From positions 32,001 through 96,000 of IMG/VR virus record IMGVR_UViG_3300035701_000008: a stretch of 64,000 nucleotides of DNA. One strand, written 5' to 3'. The notes below the pieces were generated by a model, which did no database searches, had not been told where the DNA came from, and saw only the letters and a list, made by a program, of their open reading frames with translations. Both the position numbers and the translations under genes were made by a program. Source of the stretch: a virus. Shown here piece after piece: positions 1-8,027 of this stretch. The first letter of the stretch is position 1. Each line of letters opens with the position of its first letter.

Positions 1-1
1 T

Positions 2-274
2 CTAGCACAAAGAAGACTTCTTATTGATTCATCTGCTATGCATATTGCTACAGCTCTACAATTACCAAGTCTTGTATGTTGGATAGGAACAAGCTCAAAG
101 GTGTTTGGTTATGATTTACATGCTAACCTACAAGCTAATGATCCAGACAAAGAACTAAACTTTGATCACCCATACTTACAGAAGCTTCCATTATTTGAAG
201 ACATTTCTAAATGTCCATACACAGAACTAGGAAGTATATTTAATAGTGAAGACATAATTAAAGCGTTGAAATAA
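2..274 (+). CDS. 5'-truncated glycosyltransferase, GT9/heptosyltransferase-like C-terminus
   Basis: Frame is open from base 2. LIDSSAMHIATALQLPSLVCW resembles the GT9 DSGxxHxAxAL motif. Confidence 0.6.
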   Translation, partial: LAQRRLLIDSSAMHIATALQLPSLVCWIGTSSKVFGYDLHANLQANDPDKELNFDHPYLQKLPLFEDISKCPYTELGSIFNSEDIIKALK

Positions 275-714
275 TGGCAGTATATTGGTTTACAGGACAG
301 CCTTCACATGGTAAGACAGTGTTGGCTAAATTATTGAAAGAAGAATTAGAAAAATCTGATAAAGTTTTTCATATAGATGGAGATGACTTACGTGCACTTA
401 CATTAAACTTAGACTTCTCTGAACAGGGAAGAATAGATAATGTTAAAGGTGCACAGAAGATAGCACACTATTTATATAATCAAAACTACACAGTGGTAGT
501 TTCTGTTATTGCTCCATACAGATGGCAGAGAGAAGAACTAAAAAGAATGCTTGGTGCTGATCTTGTAGAAATATATGTTCATACAACAGAACCAAGAGAA
601 AGAGATCATTTTAGTGTATTTAATTATGAACCTCCATTAGAGAAATTCATTGATATAGACACTACAGAAGATACACCACAAGAATCAATTGATAAAATTT
701 TAAATCTAATATAA
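274..714 (+). CDS. cysC: Adenylylsulfate (APS) kinase
   Basis: WFTGQPSHGKT P-loop, IDGDDLR, FSEQGRIDN, SVIAPY and YEPP motifs. Confidence 0.9.
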   Translation: MAVYWFTGQPSHGKTVLAKLLKEELEKSDKVFHIDGDDLRALTLNLDFSEQGRIDNVKGAQKIAHYLYNQNYTVVVSVIAPYRWQREELKRMLGADLVEIYVHTTEPRERDHFSVFNYEPPLEKFIDIDTTEDTPQESIDKILNLI

Positions 715-1115
715 TGAAATGGAATAAGAAAGTGCATGTACAGTCTTCCATGCAACCAAAAGGATCACAATATGCTATGTTTGTAGGAAGATGGCAACCT
801 TTACATAAAGGACATCAAGAACTATTTGAACAAGCTTTAGATGATGGTAAGAATGTTTTGATTTGTATCAGAGATGTAAAACCTGATGCAAAGAATCCTT
901 TCACAGCTAATCAGGTAAAGGATAACATTGAGAATCATTATGCTTTATTTGTAGACAACAATATAGTGAAGGTGATTATCATTCCAGACATATGCTCAAT
1001 TGAGTTTGGTAGAGGTGTTGGTTATGATATTATAGAACATATTCCTCCTACAGAGATAGCAGATATATCTGCTACAAAGATTAGAGAGCAAATGCGTAAA
1101 GATGGAAAGTTATGA
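714..1115 (+). CDS. HUP-fold nucleotidyltransferase (cytidylyltransferase-like)
   Basis: GRWQPLHKGH (HxGH) and ISATKIR motifs. Confidence 0.85.
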   Translation: MKWNKKVHVQSSMQPKGSQYAMFVGRWQPLHKGHQELFEQALDDGKNVLICIRDVKPDAKNPFTANQVKDNIENHYALFVDNNIVKVIIIPDICSIEFGRGVGYDIIEHIPPTEIADISATKIREQMRKDGKL

Positions 1116-1345
1116 GTTTAGTACAAATTAGATATAATACATTGTGTGATGATAATCATACATTCTGGAGAATCTTAATTGATAATGTTGAGCATACATG
1201 TGCTAATGTAGTGATCAATGTTCCAACACATACAACAAGAGATGATGTATGGGATAATGGAAGACAAGCTATGGTGAACAAACATCATTTAACATGTAAC
1301 CCAAACACAGTCACTTGGAAAGGTGATGTAGTAATACTTGAATAA
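1112..1345 (+). CDS. Hypothetical protein
   Basis: 77 aa ORF coupled to its neighbours. Confidence 0.7.
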   Translation: MSLVQIRYNTLCDDNHTFWRILIDNVEHTCANVVINVPTHTTRDDVWDNGRQAMVNKHHLTCNPNTVTWKGDVVILE

Positions 1346-1346
1346 T

Positions 1347-1553
1347 ATGGTAGTAGATAAAAAAAGACACATAGCAAAAACAATAAGCTATAGACTCTTA
1401 AGTACATTAATTGGCTTTACAATCATGTTACTTATAACAGGTTCTGTTAAGGTGGGTGCAGCATTTGGTGTGGCTGAACTAATATATAAACCTGTACAAT
1501 ACTACATACACGAAAGAGTGTGGTATAGATGGGTTAAGTATGGATTAAAATAG
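1347..1553 (+). CDS. DUF2061-like small membrane protein
   Basis: RHIAKTISYR...YYIHERVW pattern with two hydrophobic segments. ATG at 1347 preferred over TTG at 1338. Confidence 0.75.
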   Translation: MVVDKKRHIAKTISYRLLSTLIGFTIMLLITGSVKVGAAFGVAELIYKPVQYYIHERVWYRWVKYGLK

Positions 1554-1562
1554 TTTTAGGTT

Positions 1563-1577
1563 ATGCTATATTATGAA
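1563..1577. promoter_or_regulatory. Intergenic motif ATGCTATATTAT(G/C)AA, copy 1
   Basis: Also at 51868-51882 (inverted) and 59001-59015. Confidence 0.5.
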
Positions 1578-1720
1578 GATTATCTCATGTAGTCATTTCA
1601 TTATATGGAAATTAAGATTTATATTTGTTGTGTATAAATTGGTATAATGATTGCATCATTTACAATTATCTCTTTAAATTGTATATATGTTATAACAACA
1701 CCCAAACATTATTCTCCCTT

Positions 1721-2041
1721 ATGGAAAACGCATTTGAACAACAAGTAGAAAAAGAATTAAAAAACATGGATCAAAGACTACATGATCTAGAGGAGAAGAT
1801 GACTTCTATAGATGGAAAGCTAACGCAAGTTGTAGATGCTATATTAGGTAATGCACTAACAAAAACAGGGGGATTTGTTGCTGACTTAACTGAGCTGAAG
1901 GCTAAGATAAAAGATTTAGAAGATAAGATACAGAAGCAAGAAGAGTTCAAGAAGAGATTCACTTGGACCATAGGTATCATCATTGCAGTGGGAGCAATCA
2001 TACAATATATATCTGTTGTATATAAAAATGTAAAAGGATAA
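1721..2041 (+). CDS. Coiled-coil protein with C-terminal TM helix (lysis-associated)
   Basis: Probable start MENAFEQQ at 1721, heptad coiled coil, FTWTIGIIIAVGAII TM segment. Confidence 0.65.
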   Translation: MENAFEQQVEKELKNMDQRLHDLEEKMTSIDGKLTQVVDAILGNALTKTGGFVADLTELKAKIKDLEDKIQKQEEFKKRFTWTIGIIIAVGAIIQYISVVYKNVKG

Positions 2042-2048
2042 AATAAAA

Positions 2049-2222
2049 ATGAAAAGCTGGAAAACAACATTAATGGGTTTAATATTAGCTGCTATGATAG
2101 CTGTACAACCATTAACTTCGGATGAGGTAAATCTAGAAAAAGATTGGCCTAAATTTGTTTTAGCTATTGCTATTGCAATATTTGGATATTTCTCTAAAGA
2201 TCATGATGTAACAGGAAAGTAA
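2049..2222 (+). CDS. Holin-like protein (57 aa, two TM segments)
   Basis: Not in the ORF track. MKSWKTTLMGLILAAMIAVQ...FVLAIAIAIFGYFSKD, upstream of the endolysin. Confidence 0.7.
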   Translation: MKSWKTTLMGLILAAMIAVQPLTSDEVNLEKDWPKFVLAIAIAIFGYFSKDHDVTGK

Positions 2223-2537
2223 ATGATAAAATATTTAAAAGATCAGTACTTAGCGGTGATCATCACCGTTATTTTTATATTCTTTACACTAAACAATCAA
2301 AATAAGAATGATATTCTTATAGAGAAAACTAAAAAGTTAGAGAGTGATATATTAGTCCTTGAAGAGAAAGCTAAAGAGTCTACTACAATTATAGATAGCT
2401 TATCAAAGATAGATACAGTTATAGTTAATAGAATCAAAACCATAAAACAAAAAGAATATGTACAAATTAGGATTATTGATAGTTTGCCTACTAATAAGCT
2501 CCAAAGCTACTTCACAGATAGATACAAAGAAGAATGA
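2223..2537 (+). CDS. i-spanin-like protein
   Basis: N-terminal TM plus coiled coil, overlaps the next gene, lysis cassette position. Confidence 0.55.
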   Translation: MIKYLKDQYLAVIITVIFIFFTLNNQNKNDILIEKTKKLESDILVLEEKAKESTTIIDSLSKIDTVIVNRIKTIKQKEYVQIRIIDSLPTNKLQSYFTDRYKEE

Positions 2538-2934
2538 TTCTATTATCAAACTAAATGATAAAGTTGCTAGAAAAGTGATCACTGATCTTGTACGTTATGA
2601 TTTTGCTAAAGAGATTATCAAAGAACAAGAAGCAAGAATCAAAAACTTTGAGAAGAAGGAAATTGAATTTAAAAATCAAATAGATATAAAAGACTCTATT
2701 ATATTTTATCAAAAGAGCATCATTGATATCCATAAAGATATTATTAAAACTAAGAAGCCTTTAGAGATACATGGATATGTTGGTGTTCAATCAACACAGC
2801 TTACATTAAAAGAACCTACATTATATACAAACCTAATGATTGAGTTTACTAAGTTTAATGTAGGAGCTCAATATTTTATACAACCAAATAACCTACCAGG
2901 TTATAGTGTTATTCTAGAATATAATATATTTTAA
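2458..2934 (+). CDS. Spanin-like secreted protein with C-terminal beta strands
   Basis: Signal peptide, coiled coil, amphipathic strands ending YNIF. Confidence 0.5.
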   Translation: MYKLGLLIVCLLISSKATSQIDTKKNDSIIKLNDKVARKVITDLVRYDFAKEIIKEQEARIKNFEKKEIEFKNQIDIKDSIIFYQKSIIDIHKDIIKTKKPLEIHGYVGVQSTQLTLKEPTLYTNLMIEFTKFNVGAQYFIQPNNLPGYSVILEYNIF

Positions 2935-2945
2935 ACCAAACAATA

Positions 2946-3374
2946 ATGGTAACAAGTGCACAGTGCTTAAAGAAGTGGGGTGATCCTGCTATTACAACAA
3001 ACGAATTAAAATACATGACAGTTTGGGATGTACCAGCTCACTTAGAGATAGGTGTTATTCCAAAAAAACTATATTGTAACAAACAGATTGTTGCACCATT
3101 AATCAAAGCATTCACTAACCTAATAGATAGAAAATTAGTCAATGAACTAAAGACTTGGGATGGATGCTTCAATGTAAGAAAAAAAAGAGGATTGACAAGT
3201 ATGTCTTTACATTCTTGGGGAATAGCAATTGATGTTAATGCAGCATGGAATGGTTTACATAAAACTCCACAACTATCTGCAGGGTTTGTAAAATGTTTTA
3301 CAGATGCAGGATTTGATTGGGGAGGAACCTGGACTAGAAAAGATGGTATGCATTTCCAATTAAAAACTATATAA
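2946..3374 (+). CDS. Endolysin, M15 family peptidase
   Basis: SLHSWGIAIDVN (SxHxxGxAxD) and DGMHFQ zinc motifs. Confidence 0.9.
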   Translation: MVTSAQCLKKWGDPAITTNELKYMTVWDVPAHLEIGVIPKKLYCNKQIVAPLIKAFTNLIDRKLVNELKTWDGCFNVRKKRGLTSMSLHSWGIAIDVNAAWNGLHKTPQLSAGFVKCFTDAGFDWGGTWTRKDGMHFQLKTI

Positions 3375-3376
3375 TA

Positions 3377-3511
3377 ATGGCAAAACCAACCAACGCAGTA
3401 GAGAAAAGAGTTAAGATTAAAGTGAGCAGACCAGGTGTGCACGCTAAATCTAAAACATCTAAACTTAAATCTTCTAAGAAATACAAGAAGATTTATAATG
3501 GACAAGGATAA
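3377..3511 (+). CDS. Small basic protein (44 aa)
   Basis: Not in track. MAKPTNAVEKRVKIKVSRPGVHAKSKTSKLKSSKKYKKIYNGQG, TAATG-coupled to the next gene. Confidence 0.6.
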   Translation: MAKPTNAVEKRVKIKVSRPGVHAKSKTSKLKSSKKYKKIYNGQG

Positions 3512-3813
3512 TGGAAGTAATATATCAAGGAAATGTAGCTTTAGATGGAAGCACCAGAATAATATGTAACATTGGTACATTAGTAATTAATACAATTATT
3601 ATTAATAATCCTATTTCTAATTATGTATTTACACTTAATAGATACATGACTTCTTCTGGTATTTCACAAGTTTTATTATATACTTTTGAATTGAATGCAG
3701 AAGAAACTTTAAGAGATACACAAACTTATACATTAAACTTAAATAACTTCATAGAGCTATTATCTGATGTTCCTGGAACTACATTTTATATAAGTGCTAC
3801 AGAAATACAATGA
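3511..3813 (+). CDS. Hypothetical virion-type beta protein
   Basis: 100 aa, beta-rich, coupled to the fibre gene. Confidence 0.6.
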   Translation: MEVIYQGNVALDGSTRIICNIGTLVINTIIINNPISNYVFTLNRYMTSSGISQVLLYTFELNAEETLRDTQTYTLNLNNFIELLSDVPGTTFYISATEIQ

Positions 3814-4742
3814 TACAAGTATTAGATAAAGATGGGAATACTTCCACCGATGATGGTGGAGTTCTTATATATGATAAGTTTGGACATATAAAAAGAGTTA
3901 CTAGTGGAGGAAGTCCTACAGGACCTGCTGGTGGTGATCTTTCCGGAACCTATCCTAATCCAAATGTTGTATGGGCTAATGGACAACCAACATATGATCT
4001 TGTTTATTATCCTATACCTACAGGAACTATCAGTGATTATATAAGAGGAGATGGTTCCATAGCTGCATTTCCCACTATACCTTCAGGAACAGTTACATCA
4101 GTTGCTGCTCTTACATTAGGAACTACAGGAACAGATTTATCATCATCTGTAGCAACAGGAACAACAACTCCTGTAATAACATTAAATGTTCCAACAGCAT
4201 CAGCCACAAATAGAGGAGCATTAAGTGCTGCAGATTGGACTACGTTTAATAACAAACAAAATGCTTTAGGATATACACCTGTTAGGTTTATTATTAAAGA
4301 CCAAACTCAATATTCTACAGTAACAGGAACAGGAGAAACTTTACAAGGAACTTATTTTATAGCAGCAAATACTTTTTCTTCTAATGATGCAATAAAAATT
4401 ATTCCATTTTTAGCTGAAAAAACAGGAATATTAGGAACATGCACAATGAGAGTAAGAGTGGGATCTTCATCAGCATTTCTTAGTTCAAGTGTAATAGCAA
4501 CATATACTACAGGTATAACTGAACTATGGTGTATTATGCAACGATTAGGATTTACTTTAAGAGGTGGAAATATTAGAGGTATGCTATTTTCTTTATCAAG
4601 ACAATCAGATGTAATAGCCACTGCTGGTGCTATAAGTGTAGGTACTTTTAATCCTGCTGTTAATAATTGGTTTTTCACGTCATTACAGTTATCTGTTGGA
4701 ACAGACTCAATATTTCAATCTAATTTTGTAATGACAAACTAA
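3810..4742 (+). CDS. Tail fibre/spike-like protein
   Basis: AGGDLSGTYPNP and GTVTSV...DWTTFNNKQ shaft motifs, globular C-terminal domain. Confidence 0.7.
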   Translation: MIQVLDKDGNTSTDDGGVLIYDKFGHIKRVTSGGSPTGPAGGDLSGTYPNPNVVWANGQPTYDLVYYPIPTGTISDYIRGDGSIAAFPTIPSGTVTSVAALTLGTTGTDLSSSVATGTTTPVITLNVPTASATNRGALSAADWTTFNNKQNALGYTPVRFIIKDQTQYSTVTGTGETLQGTYFIAANTFSSNDAIKIIPFLAEKTGILGTCTMRVRVGSSSAFLSSSVIATYTTGITELWCIMQRLGFTLRGGNIRGMLFSLSRQSDVIATAGAISVGTFNPAVNNWFFTSLQLSVGTDSIFQSNFVMTN

Positions 4743-4909
4743 TGAAAACAGTAATAGACAAAGAGACAGGAAAAGTTTTATATTGTTTTTTTAACAATAT
4801 GGAAATTGCTGAAAATGAAATAATTATTGAAGCTATACCATTTGGTAATTATTATAATTTTCAAACAAAAGAATTTTATACAGTAATTGAAGAAGTTATT
4901 GAAGAATAA
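4742..4909 (+). CDS. Small acidic protein, possible fibre assembly chaperone (55 aa)
   Basis: Not in track. MKTVIDKETGKVLYCF..., coupled to the fibre gene. Confidence 0.55.
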   Translation: MKTVIDKETGKVLYCFFNNMEIAENEIIIEAIPFGNYYNFQTKEFYTVIEEVIEE

Positions 4910-4964
4910 CTTTTTTACTTATAAAACTTAATATACTAAATAACCAAGTAACAAATAATTATTA

Positions 4965-4972
4965 TATTTTTG
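4965..4972 (+). promoter_or_regulatory. Bacteroidota -7 promoter element
   Basis: TATTTTTG fits TAnnTTTG, about 20 nt before the 4994 ATG. Confidence 0.4.
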
Positions 4973-4993
4973 TTATTTTAAACATTAAATACA

Positions 4994-6001
4994 ATGGCTA
5001 TACCAAGTAAACAAATAGGATGGGGAACAGAATCAAACCTATTATGGCAAATTGCCAAACAATTACAATATTTAACACAAGTGGCAGGAAATGCTCCTAA
5101 AGGTCCATTCAAATATAATGCTAACGGAACAGGTATAGAACCTTGTTTATTTAGTAATACTTCTAGTGGTACTTATTCAACAATAGGTGGTGGATGTAGA
5201 AATACTGCTTCAGGGCAATGTTCTACAGTGGGAGGTGGTCAAAGTAATATAGCTTGTGGTGATTTGGCTACAATTGGTGGTGGTTATATTAACACTGCTT
5301 ATGGTAATTGTTCAACGATAGGTGGAGGTTTTAGCAATCTTACTGAAGGATGTTCATCTACCGTTGGTGGTGGTAATAATAATACTGCTTCTGGTTTTTA
5401 TACAACAGTTGGTGGAGGTTATAATAATTCAGTAATAATTGGTCGTTCAACAATTAGCGGAGGTTATAACAATACTGCCTCTAGTGATACAACAACAATA
5501 GGTGGTGGATTAGCTAATTCTACATCAGGTTCATACTCAACTGTTGGAGGTGGTAGATATAATATTTCAGGTGGTAGTGGTGCTACAATTAGTGGAGGTA
5601 GTGGGAATACTGCTTCAGGCAACTATTCAGTAATTAGTGGTGGTTGCTCAAACATTGCTTCCTATGGTCATTCAACAATAGGCGGAGGATATGGTAACGA
5701 AGCTAATGGTTATTGCTCGACTATTGGTGGAGGTAAAACAAATAATGCTTCAGGTGCACATTCAGTAATTAGTGGTGGTAGTGATAATGTTGCTGATGGA
5801 AATAGCTCTGCTATTTTAGGGGGTCGCAGTAATGACACTTATGGTTTTTCTTATGCAATGATTGTAGGTAATAGTATACAAGCAAATAGAGCTGATACAA
5901 CATTTGTAAATAACCTTTCAATTATGAATATCCCAACAACTCCTGTAGGTTTGCCAAGCGGTGCTGTATGGAATAGTGGAGGAATATTAACTATAGTTTA
6001 A
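4994..6001 (+). CDS. Gly-rich 14-aa-repeat beta-solenoid fibre/adhesin
   Basis: About 16 tandem STIGGGxxNxAxGx repeats (YadA-head-like) behind an N-terminal MAIPSKQIGW module. Confidence 0.75.
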   Translation: MAIPSKQIGWGTESNLLWQIAKQLQYLTQVAGNAPKGPFKYNANGTGIEPCLFSNTSSGTYSTIGGGCRNTASGQCSTVGGGQSNIACGDLATIGGGYINTAYGNCSTIGGGFSNLTEGCSSTVGGGNNNTASGFYTTVGGGYNNSVIIGRSTISGGYNNTASSDTTTIGGGLANSTSGSYSTVGGGRYNISGGSGATISGGSGNTASGNYSVISGGCSNIASYGHSTIGGGYGNEANGYCSTIGGGKTNNASGAHSVISGGSDNVADGNSSAILGGRSNDTYGFSYAMIVGNSIQANRADTTFVNNLSIMNIPTTPVGLPSGAVWNSGGILTIV

Positions 6002-6016
6002 TAAAAATATAAAGAA

Positions 6017-6154
6017 ATGGCAATACCATCAAAACAAATAGGTTGGAGTACACAAAGTAATCTCTTATGGTACATATCAAAAGAATTGGAAAGATTAACA
6101 TGTGTAATGGCTGGTGGCTGTACAACTACTACCACTACTACAACAGTAGCTTAA
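6017..6154 (+). CDS. Poly-Thr mini-protein (45 aa), paralog of the 4994 N-terminus
   Basis: Not in track. MAIPSKQIGWSTQSNLLWYISKELERLTCVMAGGCTTTTTTTTVA. Confidence 0.8.
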   Translation: MAIPSKQIGWSTQSNLLWYISKELERLTCVMAGGCTTTTTTTTVA

Positions 6155-6184
6155 AATAAAAACAAAAATAAAACCAACTACATT

Positions 6185-6790
6185 ATGAAAGATTTAAAAT
6201 TTATCCAGGAAAAATGGTTACCTTGTCCAGGATTTGAAACTTCTTATGAAGTTAGTAATTATGGAAAAGTTAGAAGTATTGATAGATATTGTTCTGGAAG
6301 AAGAGGTCTTATAAAAGGACAAATTATTCATTCTGATTTAAATCAAAAAGGATATCCACAATTAAGACTTTATAATAGTAATAAAAAGTATGTTAGAAAT
6401 CAACATAGATTAGTTGCTTTAGCTTTTATACCTAATCCTAATAACTTACCACAAGTAAATCATATAGATGGTAATAAACTAAACAATCATATATCAAATC
6501 TAGAATGGATTTCAAATTCTGATAACATGAGACATGCATATAAGTTAGGATTAAAATGTAGTAAAGGAGAAAATAATAGTAATTGTAAAATAACAGATAA
6601 TCAAGTAACCCAAATTAAACTTATATACAATAATGGAAAATCTTCTAAAGATATTTCTGAAGAACTAGGTATAAAATTACATATAGTTAGACAAATTATA
6701 AGTGGGAAATCTTGGAAGTCTAATAGAACACCTCTTATGAAAAGAGACGATAGATCAAAAACCAAAAAACCAATATTATGCGTGAATTAA
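6185..6790 (+). mobile_element. NUMOD4-HNH homing endonuclease, free-standing
   Basis: EKWLPCPGFE...YEVSNYGKVRS (NUMOD4) and HRLVA...VNHIDGNKLNN...NLEW (HNH). Confidence 0.9.
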
Positions 6791-7794
6791 AGTTTATACA
6801 AAGTTGCCCAAGCGATATTTATTACACATGGCAAGTAAACCTTTGGATGGAAAGCCTAAAAGAAATAGGACATAGCGATAAAGCTATTAATGTTATCTTT
6901 ATAGCTAAAGGGAGAGAGAATACAGATAAGTGGAAACAAATAGAAAATTTGTATCCAGAAGCAGAGTTTCATTACTATGCAGATGAAGATGATTTAAGTC
7001 GATTGTTAGGAATCTATATTCCTGTTCTACGTCCTTATGTTCTTTGGAAACATTTTAAGAAACATCCAGAGCTAAGTGAAAAAGCTATCTTCTATTGTGA
7101 TAGTGATATTCTATTTATGAAGGATTTTAATGTAGATAAGTTCTTAGAGGATGACATTAGTTACCTATCTGATACAAATAGCTACATCAATGCTAAATAT
7201 TTTGATAGTAAGATTAATCAAGTGCTTCCTGAGAAGCTAGAAGAATATAAGAATAGAGACATTCTTGCAGAAATTGCAAGTGTTGTAGGAATAAGCAGAG
7301 AAATCTGTGAAGCTAATAATGATCATTCAGGAGGAGCACAATATCTATTAAAGAATGTAGATGCAAACTTCTGGAGTAAGGTGATGAATGATTGTATTCT
7401 TATAAGAAGTTATTTACAAACAGTGAATAGAGAATTCTTTAAAGATGAAAATACAGGCTATCAAAGCTGGTGTGCAGATATGTGGGCTGTTCTTTGGAAC
7501 ATCTGGATGAGAGATCAAGAAACAAGAGTGGTCAAAGAATTAGCATTTGCTTGGGCTACAGATCCACTTATCAAATTAGAATCTCATACAATCTTTCATA
7601 ATGCAGGAATAGTTTCTGAAACAGGAAATGGCTATCCAGCTTTCTATAAAGGAAAATATCATATGGGAAGTGATCCAACAAAAGATCCTAACTTAGATGT
7701 TATTCTTAATGATGAGAAAACACAAAAGTATTGTACGTGGTTTTATGCCACTAAATTGAATGAAATTAAAAACAAATATAACCTAGACTATTAA
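6778..7794 (+). CDS. GT-A glycosyltransferase, putative protein O-glycosyltransferase (HPAT/SGT1-like)
   Basis: YYTWQ, YIPVLRPY, DxD (CDSD), GGAQY and WCADMWA motifs. Confidence 0.65.
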   Translation: MRELKFIQSCPSDIYYTWQVNLWMESLKEIGHSDKAINVIFIAKGRENTDKWKQIENLYPEAEFHYYADEDDLSRLLGIYIPVLRPYVLWKHFKKHPELSEKAIFYCDSDILFMKDFNVDKFLEDDISYLSDTNSYINAKYFDSKINQVLPEKLEEYKNRDILAEIASVVGISREICEANNDHSGGAQYLLKNVDANFWSKVMNDCILIRSYLQTVNREFFKDENTGYQSWCADMWAVLWNIWMRDQETRVVKELAFAWATDPLIKLESHTIFHNAGIVSETGNGYPAFYKGKYHMGSDPTKDPNLDVILNDEKTQKYCTWFYATKLNEIKNKYNLDY

Positions 7795-7812
7795 CCCTAA
7801 ATTAAAAAATAA

Positions 7813-8025
7813 ATGGGAAGCATTAATTCAAGACCTTTAAAGGCTTTTGTTCGCTACGATGGTAGCCACAGAATAGTTGCAGGAAGCTTAATCCTTAGAA
7901 AAAATAAGCCAAAAGTAGGTAAGTGGAAAGAAATAAATGCATATGAGTGCTGTTTCCTTAGTACCACTACCACTACAACTACAGTAGCACCAACAACTAG
8001 TACAACAACAACAGGACCATTATAA
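7813..8025 (+). CDS. Poly-Thr mini-protein
   Basis: LKAFVRYDGS module, then ECC, then STTTTTTTVAPTTSTTTT. Confidence 0.8.
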   Translation: MGSINSRPLKAFVRYDGSHRIVAGSLILRKNKPKVGKWKEINAYECCFLSTTTTTTTVAPTTSTTTTGPL

Positions 8026-8027
8026 TC

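Noticed and set aside
1625-1720. Upstream extensions of ORFs 1625, 35522..36646, 43146..43442 and 50887..51189
   Set aside because: They run through intergenic, repeat or neighbouring-gene DNA. Downstream ATGs fit better.
5150-5830. 42-nt periodicity as a DNA repeat array
   Set aside because: Fully explained by 14-aa protein repeats with synonymous variation.
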